DNA of 64,000 nt from IMG/VR virus record IMGVR_UViG_3300030372_002914, positions 865 to 64,864 of that record; one strand, given 5' to 3'. The notes beneath the pieces are model-generated. The model did no database searches and was not told where the DNA came from. It was given only the letters and a program-made list of their open reading frames with translations. A program made the position numbers and the translations under genes. Positions within the stretch are counted from its first letter, which is position 1. The number at the start of each line of letters is the position of its first letter. Of the stretch, positions 57,901-64,000 are shown in pieces. The stretch is from a virus. Its lineage: Duplodnaviria; Caudoviricetes.

Positions 57901-60306
57901 CAGGCTAAGTTAAAAGAAAACGGTAAAATAGTTGAGCTTGGTGACAATACTATGTATAGTAAAGTTATTAAAGATGATGCTGCTGGTGAAACTAAAGATG
58001 TTAATACAGAGTTTAATGATATAATTGAGCGTAAGAAAAAAATAGGTTCTAAAAAAGTATTTTCATCTGCTGAGGCTAGAAAAAGAGGCGCTAAAATAGG
58101 TAAATTTAGATTTTATATACCACCATCTGCTGAAGATTTTAAAGGTTTAATATATTATTTCTTAGGTAAAGGCAAACAAGGTGATGCTGATATGAGGTTT
58201 TTTGAAAAAACTTTACTAAAACCTTTTGCACAAGGAATAAGATCATGGAATACGTATAAACAAAACATGGTTAATGAGTACCAAGCTTTAAAAAAACAAT
58301 TTCCTAAAGTTAAACGAACTAAAGAGGTGCCTGGTACTAGCTTTACTGTAGATACCGCTATAAGAGTATACTTATGGGATAAAGCAGGTTTTGAAATACC
58401 TGGTATATCAAAAACACTACAAAAAAAATTAGTGGCTTACGTTAATCAAAACGCTAATGTAAAAGGTTATGCAGAAGGTTTATCAACTTTAAGTCGTAGA
58501 AATGAAGGTTATGTTGAGCCTAGTAATAATTGGATGATGGAAAATATATCTTTTGACTTAAGAGATATAGTAGAGAGAGTTGGTAGGCAAGAGTTTTTAC
58601 AAGAATGGCTAGATAATAAAGATATAATATTTTCTCAAGAAAATTTAAATAAAATAGAGGCAGCTTATGGTACTGGTTTTAGAGACGCATTAGAAAATAT
58701 ACTTTTCCGTATGGAAAATGGTACTAACAGAACTTTCGGCCAAGATAAAGTAACGAACAGATTTACTGAATGGATAAACGGATCTGTCGGTGCAATTATG
58801 TTTTTTAATACTAGATCTGCGCTGCTTCAAACTATGTCTACAGTAAACTTTGTTAACTGGTCAGATAATAATCTATTTAAAGCTTCAGCAGCGTTCGCTA
58901 ATCAACCTCAGTTTTGGAAAGATTTTGCAATGATATTTAATTCACCACAGTTAAAGCAAAGAAGAAAAGGTTTACAAACAGATGTATCTGCTTCAGAATT
59001 AACTCAAACATTTGCTGATAATGGTTATAGCCCTAGAACTGTTATTAATTATCTATTACAAAAAGGTTTTTTACCTACACAAATAGCAGATAGTTTTGCT
59101 ATAGCTTTTGGTGGAGCTTCGTTTTATAGAAACAGATATAAAAAATATATAAAAGAAGGCATGTCTTCTAAACAAGCCGGTGATCAAGCTATGTTAGATA
59201 TGCAAGAAATTGCTGAAGAAACTCAACAGTCATCAAGAGAGGATTTAGTATCACAACAGCAAGCTGGACCACTTGGTCGTATAATATTAGCGTTTCAAAA
59301 TGTCACAATGCAATATGGTAGATTAACGAAGAAATCTTTATCTGATATTGTTAACAATAGAGGTGATATGAAAACTAACGTGTCTAAATTAATATATTAT
59401 GGAGCTGTACAAAATGCTATATTTTTATCACTTCAAAGTGCTTTAGCTTTTATGGTATGGGGTGACGATGAAGAAGCAATTGATGATAAAACAACTAGAG
59501 TAGCAAATGGTCTTTTAGATTCATTTTTAAGAGGTACTGGTTTATATGGTGCTGTAGTTTCTACTATTAAAAATACTGTTATACAATGGGATATACAGTC
59601 TAATAAAGGCTATGGACAACAAGATACTGGTAAAATAGCTCTTGAGCTTGTAAATTTATCTCCACCAATTGGTAGTAAAATTAGAAAAATAGTAAGCGCT
59701 TTTAAAACAGAACAATATAATAAGGGTGTTTCAGATGAACTAGGTTTAAGAGTTGAAAATCCTACAATTAAAAAATGGGCTAGTATAATTGAAGCAGCGA
59801 CTAACATACCTTTAGCTAGATTATTAAATAAAGCAAATAATATAGAAGAAGCTATTACGGGTCAACACGCTGTATTAGAGCGTATAGCAATGTTATTAGG
59901 TTGGAATGCTTGGGAATTAGGCGTTAAAGATGAAGAATTAGAAGCTGCTAAAGATGCTGCTGCAGAAAAAAGAGCTGAAGAAAAGAAAAAAGAAAAGGAA
60001 CAGAAAAAATTATTAGAAGAAAAAGAAAAAGAAGAGGAGAAAGAAAAAGAGAAGAAAGAAAAAGAAGAAAAAGGTATTAAAACAGTCAGGTGTTCTGGTA
60101 CTAGATCCAACGGTGAGAAATGTGCTATGACTACTGAAACGGCAGAAAAAACTTGGTTATGTGTTCACCATAGAGAGTTTAAAGATGGTAGTGACACAGA
60201 TGGTGATGGTATAAAAGAATATAGATGCACGGCTACTAAAGCTAATGGTGATAGATGTAAGAACAAAACTGAGAATGAGAACAAAAAATGTTATGCTCAC
60301 CAATAA
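48937..60306 (+). CDS. Giant (3789 aa) polyvalent ejection protein: zincin HExxH, HAD phosphatase with inserted P-loop kinase, helical C-terminal domain, two CCCH zinc-finger-like repeats
   Basis: HEFTH at aa ~1621; FDFDDTL (D2631), GSAGSGKS (G2665), LTARP (T2909), AKAQW, FVDD (D2965); terminal C-x8-C...C-x2-H repeats. Confidence 0.8.
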   Translation: MDFGKHFGKLGKIFKLSDGKLMTILPENENHFLNQLKEKGLKATLMLDSTTNFDEVKGYTKKTTVSKEKEEKTQPVDLTINQEVKTDLPPPINSYKYNNQEYVKLKTPKEGKEYFVLKSVAEELGYTFENIDGEYENIPTIKNTDDFIKIQDTNYLEATKGNELLFDKYEEDFDIELEPSSQIEDEIAPDGSVEDYIIGDGFDFSIQTPDKILTYENAADWFNYRSELANYPFKEEIISEQGFLEYTEYSVLDDETEITPEGAYFKSGYLSKEIFGTINTWDEKTHLRNKEVKEKIFAGTHGYNPATDTLYKLSKPVKVDEASKLYAFHNQTEFVDYDKFVEKENTKTIDLPLVQDYFSSPNAIPISSTASVEYQKKLIDSMVLDKNGQAAVFDERLFNLSSSNFVETASGLLMKSGFYINQGGKGVEIYSQDYYEHLLEEELKRVDKELEDLGPKPTFSSAGFSVRNATTLDQFEKILNDYNKKLEPLLEQKESAKKRMEEKATLSVNTLNYNIEDVREAVTKFNNFLNTAGQYHDADIDTWTENYIEFAKTRITKEDKKEAHLRVAGAYDYIELLRKDSLTYEMMISMRMSPDEIISLVENADEKTKSQINRDILEVYDLLTGPDVTVTDAELLDFLDRTKQMEKTEAGFILNVLNTSILDLEKDHVKEARKEHAKTYFPNLTQSSIFEDYTTRDEELLYLKYGSSYDENKALAILELQYPDGFPIDSTKSIKIDDDLSQPDREAIINTDKFKNLVKSLYETEGYLEDKKSEVDKQMRVDKDLELLKYALNEEATKFSAKFFSEGKLIDNVSDDIDLQLENIGVEKAKIIYQMNAIEGTMGELTVNLKDLEEEIKYFDKNMEVEIEKIMEKYNIDPESPGAMDMLKKNPKAVDEFNGLGLARNSLLNQYNLLATETIPTYEKLKEEITQEYMTILSTEDEYALAKNIADRKHATGTYYATMFGTSVFDIFYGSAAAIASSGSRTLQTLGGFEKGSIGYSLLQDVAEFGDWLGDDVDKKVQRWNNSLSLSTRWEDVDDAGSAVDYLFTGFTQNVPYVLMMIGSGGIGGVRGATALMGTIAYADDFDQKYKMNELWIESGGMYGQEFSFFEMFSSALVSGAAETFFERVSFGQLKALGYFGKTGPRSMKNAKEGMKKSINKTCKLDVSEGGRLDLLSKALKYPKNFASEGFSEFMTEFSNNFMDVMIGVEGVSIADGLDEAFINGAFLSSMLHAPAMFKKPFLDAFISPETNQRLAQQSEKVQKLMIQLNDASVSTKQKEKIEKEIEQIGLDINQALSKDLFKVDLMTNEQKRELLDIHQKDIDARKRVTEINSDKSLTSEQKAQKLIAITNGINKRAVEKNKLLATVDPKKAEEQYQKSMNYHNDLVAISVGKIEVDIIETNTDEQFVEAGMDNLDKIVEETSKSEAALEEIENDINDSKQKIIDAKTTKENIKINSKNKNKDVNTDIKDIELESNKKIDEANKEINDTLNKENLSTKQKESAVNRLKNNIKDLINEKVDKIKAKKLEKKQIREDRQNNIKEQNDIINKEKKNKQEAEDALAINGSLETNVRIGGNILNTNAYGKMVPIYDGKTGEIVKLKVVINKQKAIKDGVWTTVAHEFTHALFANTLKSDSKMREVLGESMAEMLSKGNLKFKDGTAESLFFARVAGYDANKQGEEALAIAAEMLVKGDLTIKEGILSKLGNMFRRWSMNRYGYDYKFDSTKDIENFLKDYSYSIKKHKPTKALANLLEKGAEGKMFKNAKTPKDKRDLQMYYQASSNWMASNPEIVNKYDKHTRNEDGSKKYNNKKEWKERGEVDNVAIWQYIMESGKNSLDSRILEEQGDFDPKGLPREVQQDYIRKVKENLQDRWLKNFDPKENESAAGYLFGKNGILYYAKQDVQKDYVEKEGGTDKRSIDRQTSDGQSYADVIAAEKDSALDRIDNADLSKQETKELKNTVDDLIMVIEMLDLPNNTKTVIKQTIATASIPLDGLTYKSIKKLLIEKEFDPNVKNEKGEQKKSSEAVIPTGPLFEILNAISAEFGVDPLRILALQNLDGTQREAAQKYIFTKSVNEDGSFNPRIFEALPEGQDRDGRAVGISKSLLEAFYIKSGRVKVGEGAKKKLGQKAAQNKRKNVTKEQFLATFGINPDGTFQSGTDADGAIRELIIQMSQLAANQEMRLNAIENKLESANIIAKLKDGTSEVMYNKVTPNESQAKQIGQKLKEMSQTDLYAVYDRVRATMDIQEVGKDSRIKDLGQIFDETIASRYNKDITQGQHLDNIINSFLETNPEFYDLIINNSTGNIQRSVYGAKPFFESRINEKRGNQKYKKRNAISASNKQGVRVQNKDFIKEYNIKDGKERLNILYRFGKVWESRLKTGKNPKPNDAWVLAAIINDTVNNQNGGFSRINIPFNFIIKNPDGSIDINTQVIEEHSTPQKLIATLIYEGARTGTLDKIWPVIEAVASQGNLSHADDTTVGVNYGKTMPDVFWSEVVPLIVSGKLKLDQGLVSVIRYAVPHKMKDGTTEYINLNKYTWLSNGKTITEMFGVNVKGELTDSIVQFQNELIVLQLTGKITKAEAKQAIQDLNVDGLRKLDKTKQTSIVRNKLVALSNNIMYSKPVEVKGMSTFDFDDTLARTKSGVRYRIKNDTGLPATSRKVIFLAGSAGSGKSNVVRQLGLEGQGYKMVNQDISLEWLAKNSGLPTDMRDFTPEQMSKWGSLQWEARDIAQRKATKFKGRGDGVVVDGTGASTVSMFTQMQKYKDAGYDVQMLYVESSLETALERNKARKERSLKDFIVERNWKAVQKNKKAFKEEFGNNFAEVNTDNLKQGDPMPTDLVNKINDFSNGYIKGRLTAEEFASQGNTLLEKGAEFDFSEFNKVVDGTPGPLLEKARNRANKFGTKDMFVLTARPAQSAFAIQQFLKGQGLDIPIENITGLGNSTGDAKAQWMLDKFAEGYNDMYFVDDALQNVEAVQAVLGQLDIKSNVVQAKLKENGKIVELGDNTMYSKVIKDDAAGETKDVNTEFNDIIERKKKIGSKKVFSSAEARKRGAKIGKFRFYIPPSAEDFKGLIYYFLGKGKQGDADMRFFEKTLLKPFAQGIRSWNTYKQNMVNEYQALKKQFPKVKRTKEVPGTSFTVDTAIRVYLWDKAGFEIPGISKTLQKKLVAYVNQNANVKGYAEGLSTLSRRNEGYVEPSNNWMMENISFDLRDIVERVGRQEFLQEWLDNKDIIFSQENLNKIEAAYGTGFRDALENILFRMENGTNRTFGQDKVTNRFTEWINGSVGAIMFFNTRSALLQTMSTVNFVNWSDNNLFKASAAFANQPQFWKDFAMIFNSPQLKQRRKGLQTDVSASELTQTFADNGYSPRTVINYLLQKGFLPTQIADSFAIAFGGASFYRNRYKKYIKEGMSSKQAGDQAMLDMQEIAEETQQSSREDLVSQQQAGPLGRIILAFQNVTMQYGRLTKKSLSDIVNNRGDMKTNVSKLIYYGAVQNAIFLSLQSALAFMVWGDDEEAIDDKTTRVANGLLDSFLRGTGLYGAVVSTIKNTVIQWDIQSNKGYGQQDTGKIALELVNLSPPIGSKIRKIVSAFKTEQYNKGVSDELGLRVENPTIKKWASIIEAATNIPLARLLNKANNIEEAITGQHAVLERIAMLLGWNAWELGVKDEELEAAKDAAAEKRAEEKKKEKEQKKLLEEKEKEEEKEKEKKEKEEKGIKTVRCSGTRSNGEKCAMTTETAEKTWLCVHHREFKDGSDTDGDGIKEYRCTATKANGDRCKNKTENENKKCYAHQ

Positions 60307-60309
60307 ACG

Positions 60310-60322
60310 TGTAATTATAATA
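60310..60322 (+). promoter_or_regulatory. Putative late promoter motif
   Basis: ATAAACG-TGTAATTATAATA upstream of the fibre/lysis genes. Confidence 0.65.
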
Positions 60323-60342
60323 AAGAACCAAAAAATAAAAAT

Positions 60343-60528
60343 ATGGTAAATTGGATAAATTCTTGGAAATCAAGTAATAAAAAAAATAAAATAGATTTTA
60401 CATTCAGATTTGGGTGGTTAACAATATGGGAGATAAAATGGTGTGCTGCTTGTAAAACGGATGATACGTGTTGTAAGAATAAATTTAGATTAATGCTATT
60501 AAACTTTGGATTTGAAATAGGATTATAA
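60343..60528 (+). CDS. Small aromatic/hydrophobic protein
   Basis: DFTFRFGWLTIWEIKW...FRLMLLNFGFEIGL. Confidence 0.6.
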   Translation: MVNWINSWKSSNKKNKIDFTFRFGWLTIWEIKWCAACKTDDTCCKNKFRLMLLNFGFEIGL

Positions 60529-60529
60529 A

Positions 60530-62965
60530 ATGAAATGGATAGGTCAACATATATGGGATTTTATATCTAGGTTTCGTTCTACAGTTTATATTGAGAACTT
60601 AGAAACGTCATCAGAAGAAAATGTACTTGTAGTTGACTCAGATGGTAAAGTAACAAAAAACACTACACTAGGTGGTGCTGACTTAACTTATAACGGATCA
60701 ACAGCTAATGGTATATTGACTTATGGTAGTGCTAGCGTAATTGATGTAGAATCCACCTTTACTTATCAAGGAACTAGTAGCGGTAGTCACTTATTACAAA
60801 GCCCGGTAATTAGTGTAAGTAATAGTATGTTTAACGCGTATGTATTAGACGTTAATGCCGCTTATGCTGGATCTCATACAGTTCAAGGTTTTAACATAGA
60901 TTATGATAAATCAACAGTAACAACTGGATCAGGTGAAGTTAATATAAAAGGACTAACAGTTGATTTAAACGATACTACAACAAACGACGTTGGAACAACT
61001 CATAATTACTTTGGGATAAAAAATATATTAACGCATGCTAACGCGCAAGGTACTATAACACATTACGGTCTACAAAATATTTTATCAGGTGGTGATGTAC
61101 AGTATGCGATCAAAAACTCTTGTGCTGGAGCTACAGCTGCGACAACTTACGGTTTACATCAAACTATAATAGATGGTGGTTATGATTTGTATTTTAGAAG
61201 CTCAGCAGATACTAATGATTATTTTTCGTTAAAAACTGGAGCAAATGGAGAAACAACGTTAACCACTGTAGATGGAGGTGCTACAGCAGGGCATTTAAAT
61301 CTTGTCGCTGACGGGAATATTACAATGAGTTATCCAAGTGAGCGTTTAGTTAATTTAATAAATAGTGGTAGTAGCCCTGGTATTTCCCACTCGTTTACAT
61401 CGGAAACTGGAGCAGAATCTCATTTATACATGTACCCAGGTGGTGATACGTCTACAGACTATTTTCATATAAGTGTTGCTGCAGACGGGGAAACAGCTAT
61501 ATCAACTGTGGATAATGGCCCTGGTCATGCTGCTAATTTAACTTTTAGCATAGATGGTTTCACTAAGTTTGATTCTACTGATGCAAACGGTGGTGGTGTT
61601 GAAATAGAAAATGGATCTGCCTCTGGTAACGCAGCTTTATTAATTGATAATGATGATACGGATCAAGTCGCTTTAGATATCGACGCTGCTAATATAACTC
61701 AGGACATAGTACAAATAGACGGCAGGACGTTAACAACTCATTATGCTATAAATACACCATTAGCAGATATTACAAATACAGGAGGGGGTATGAAGATTAG
61801 TTGGGGTGATGACCAAACAACTGATATGAATAGAACTGGTGGGGGAAGTGCTATGATCCATTTGGATTATGATAAATCTGGAGATGTTGCCGCGTCTAAT
61901 ACTGTTTCTGCTCAAGGGATATTACTCGACATGAGTAATAATGCCACTAATAACGCTGGCCAGATGGATATGTATGGTATGAACTTCAATTTAGCACATG
62001 CTAATGGTAATGGGACGATGAATAGCTATGGTATTAAAGGGGTTGTCACGGGTGGTGATTATAATGTTGGTTTAGAATTGCAATGCCAAGATGATAAAGG
62101 TGAAGACATAAGACTTTTAAGTTCAGCCAACTCATCAGATTACTTTTCTATAGCAACTAGAGACGATGGAGAAACAACATTAACGACATTTGAAAATGGA
62201 GGTGGTAGCACAGCACATATGAATCTTGTTGCTGATGGTAATATTAATTTAGATGCTGTTGGTGTTATGGAAATAAACGCTGATGGAGGTACTATAACAT
62301 TTCTAGATGACACTGCTGTATTAGCTAAAATAAGTAGTACCGGATTAAGTTTTTTAGATAACACTGGTGCTGGCATTGTATTTGAAGGAACCACTGATGA
62401 TTCTTATAATACTACATTAACAGCGGCAGATACAACTAGCTCAAGTAAAACAATAACATTGCCTGATGCTACTGGAACGGTTGCTTTACAGAATAAACAT
62501 TTACAAGTTGTTAGTTCTAACTTTTTTGATGATATAGGAACAACAAAGCACTATATACCAATAAGTTCTCAAAGTACTAGTGAACAAACGTCTGATGGTA
62601 ATACCATTACTGATTTTTTAGCTCCATGTAGTTTAAAAGTTAAAGAAGTTATGGTTAAGCTTCCTGGCACTACAAGTGGTAGTGGAGATTTAACTGTGGG
62701 TATAGAAACATCAAATATAGGTGCGTCTGTGTTTTCAAAATCTATTATAGAAACTGAAACAGTGTCTGTAACAAGTAGTAACGACAACGATATTGTTCAT
62801 TTTATGTTTGATGATACTACTCACGCAACCATAGGTCAAAATTTATCTATAACAATTCAATCCAGCGCGGATTTAAGTGGTTCTCAAAATTGGTATGTAA
62901 CTACTATATTTGAATTTGATTTCACAACAAGACATACTAGCGGTAGCGCTGTACAAACAAGTTAA
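60530..62965 (+). CDS. Tail fibre / receptor-binding-type protein with internal repeats
   Basis: Gly/Thr/Asn/Asp-rich; three ~48-aa repeats (DYF.I....GET...T...G.....H.NL.ADG). Confidence 0.65.
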   Translation: MKWIGQHIWDFISRFRSTVYIENLETSSEENVLVVDSDGKVTKNTTLGGADLTYNGSTANGILTYGSASVIDVESTFTYQGTSSGSHLLQSPVISVSNSMFNAYVLDVNAAYAGSHTVQGFNIDYDKSTVTTGSGEVNIKGLTVDLNDTTTNDVGTTHNYFGIKNILTHANAQGTITHYGLQNILSGGDVQYAIKNSCAGATAATTYGLHQTIIDGGYDLYFRSSADTNDYFSLKTGANGETTLTTVDGGATAGHLNLVADGNITMSYPSERLVNLINSGSSPGISHSFTSETGAESHLYMYPGGDTSTDYFHISVAADGETAISTVDNGPGHAANLTFSIDGFTKFDSTDANGGGVEIENGSASGNAALLIDNDDTDQVALDIDAANITQDIVQIDGRTLTTHYAINTPLADITNTGGGMKISWGDDQTTDMNRTGGGSAMIHLDYDKSGDVAASNTVSAQGILLDMSNNATNNAGQMDMYGMNFNLAHANGNGTMNSYGIKGVVTGGDYNVGLELQCQDDKGEDIRLLSSANSSDYFSIATRDDGETTLTTFENGGGSTAHMNLVADGNINLDAVGVMEINADGGTITFLDDTAVLAKISSTGLSFLDNTGAGIVFEGTTDDSYNTTLTAADTTSSSKTITLPDATGTVALQNKHLQVVSSNFFDDIGTTKHYIPISSQSTSEQTSDGNTITDFLAPCSLKVKEVMVKLPGTTSGSGDLTVGIETSNIGASVFSKSIIETETVSVTSSNDNDIVHFMFDDTTHATIGQNLSITIQSSADLSGSQNWYVTTIFEFDFTTRHTSGSAVQTS

Positions 62966-62969
62966 AATT

Positions 62970-63359
62970 ATGGCATTAACAAATAAAAAATACGAAAGAA
63001 TATTTTCAAAAACAGGTAGCGACGCTGACTTAGTGAGTGCAGATACTTTTGATGAAATGAAAAAAAGCTTTGATGAAAATATGTATTTAAATGACGTTTC
63101 GCAACTTTCTATGCTTGGGCCAGTCTTGTATCAATTACAACAAATGCAAGATGAAATAGATTACCTTAGAACAGAGATATTATCTAATAAAAATAAGGTA
63201 ATACCAAACGTAACAGGCACAGCTAATCATGCTATATCATTTGGAGCATTGACAACAACTTTGGTAAAAGGTAAACCAGTTTACAGCGTTGTTATGACAG
63301 TAACAGATAGCTCAGGTACTAAAGTTGTAGCAAAAACAATAACACTAACACTAGCATAA
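62970..63359 (+). CDS. Probable structural protein (start reassigned to MALTNKK)
   Basis: A-rich TIR aaaattATG; short coiled coil plus beta C-terminus. Confidence 0.6.
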   Translation: MALTNKKYERIFSKTGSDADLVSADTFDEMKKSFDENMYLNDVSQLSMLGPVLYQLQQMQDEIDYLRTEILSNKNKVIPNVTGTANHAISFGALTTTLVKGKPVYSVVMTVTDSSGTKVVAKTITLTLA

Positions 63360-63649
63360 TGGCAATATATAAAAATATATCTTCACCAACTACAACTACT
63401 TTAATAACTAAAGGTGGGAACCGCGCTGGTGGTATTAAAAAAATAACTATAGCTAATAAAGCTACTGCTACATCAAATGAAATATTATTACACTTAGATG
63501 ATGGAACAAATGTTTACACTATTCTAAGAACAGATATGCCACCTAAAACTACTCTTGTTTTAGATGATAATTTAAATTTTGATTCATCAAAATATGATTT
63601 AAAAATAACAACTAGCAGTGTTGCTGATATAACCGTAATAATTAAATAA
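63359..63649 (+). CDS. Small probable structural protein
   Basis: TAATG coupling; beta-sandwich composition. Confidence 0.55.
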   Translation: MAIYKNISSPTTTTLITKGGNRAGGIKKITIANKATATSNEILLHLDDGTNVYTILRTDMPPKTTLVLDDNLNFDSSKYDLKITTSSVADITVIIK

Positions 63650-64000
63650 ATGAATTTAGAAGTAATTAGATTTTCTAGTGGTACTGATAGTACTAACGGA
63701 ATGCTGTTAGAAGCAATAGAACAAGGTAACGATATAGATGGGATGTTCTTTCAAAAAAAATTTTTAGCATATACATTAGAAGATGAAAAAAGAGATACAA
63801 AAGTTCTTGGAGAAACGAGAATCCCAGACGGTAATTATAAACTGGGTCTTAGAAAAGTTGGAGGATATCACGCAAGGTACACGAAAAGATTTCCTCACAT
63901 ACATATTGGTATGTTGCATGTTCTTGATGTTCCTGGCTTTGAGTATATACTTATCCATTGTGGAAACACCGATGAGCATACAGCAGGTTGTTTGTTGGTA
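63650..64000 (+). CDS. DUF5675-like (L,D-transpeptidase-fold) protein, candidate endolysin; 3' truncated
   Basis: T.G.L...F..YTLED...ETRIP.G.Y...L.DVPGFEYILIHCGNT.EHTAGCLLV (IHxGN...GC motif). Confidence 0.75.
   Translation, partial: MNLEVIRFSSGTDSTNGMLLEAIEQGNDIDGMFFQKKFLAYTLEDEKRDTKVLGETRIPDGNYKLGLRKVGGYHARYTKRFPHIHIGMLHVLDVPGFEYILIHCGNTDEHTAGCLLV

Noticed and set aside
48937-60306. Virion RNA polymerase (as in crAss-like phages) within the giant protein
   Set aside because: No NADFDGD/DFDID-type catalytic motif; the FDFDD motif belongs to a HAD domain with matching motifs II-IV, and EDFDIE near the N-terminus lacks the third Asp
681-63979. Numerous short antisense ORFs in the track (e.g. 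681..941, 22648..22914, 31515..31865, 53085..53486, 63776..63979)
   Set aside because: Shadow frames fully overlapping well-supported genes on the opposite strand, with atypical composition
1-64000. Stop-codon reassignment (TAG/TGA recoding seen in some crAss-like phages)
   Set aside because: Long genes are intact under the standard code, and TAG/TGA serve as normal stops (e.g. 21193, 22464, 13961)
1-64000. Prophage, integrase, transposon, intein or intron
   Set aside because: No recombinase, transposase or att context seen; TerL, RNR and helicase have normal lengths without splicing motifs

Overview
The window is most of the genome of an AT-rich lytic tailed dsDNA phage with podovirus-type morphogenesis genes (crAss-like / Cellulophaga-phage-like architecture). 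The host is probably a Bacteroidota (Flavobacteriia-like) bacterium, inferred from a T9SS-type C-terminal sorting domain, a Bacteroidota-type Hc1 protein and A-rich, Shine-Dalgarno-free translation starts. A minus-strand early/replication arm (4.5-20.1 kb) encodes a class II RNR, an endonuclease I-like resolvase, a GIY-YIG/MazG fusion, a T4 gp42-like dCMP hydroxymethylase homologue, primase-helicase, SSB, RecE-like exonuclease, ERF, a sigma-70 factor, a 5'-nucleotidase, an ATP-dependent ligase, tRNA-Arg(UCU) and tRNA-like RNAs, but no DNA polymerase. A plus-strand late arm (20.7-64 kb, apparently continuing into 1-4.5 kb) encodes GroEL/GroES, holin, terminase, portal, scaffold, capsid, tail, three ejection proteins (one of 3789 aa), a tail fibre and a DUF5675-like lysin candidate. 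Most notable observations: (1) a putative cytosine-modification module; (2) a host-envelope module with an outer-membrane beta-barrel, a T9SS cargo carrying an LDL-receptor class A domain and a Cys-less exported thioredoxin; (3) small basic proteins sharing an N-terminal MAFK(M/L)K leader and recurring S/N-P/A-hydrophobic-K motifs, suggesting a capsid cargo targeting and processing system; (4) a P-loop kinase nested inside a HAD phosphatase in the giant ejection protein; (5) an array of structured non-coding RNAs and tRNA mimics; (6) two phage promoter classes and a pair of 48-bp inverted sites. All family assignments come from motif recognition by eye; no database searches were run.
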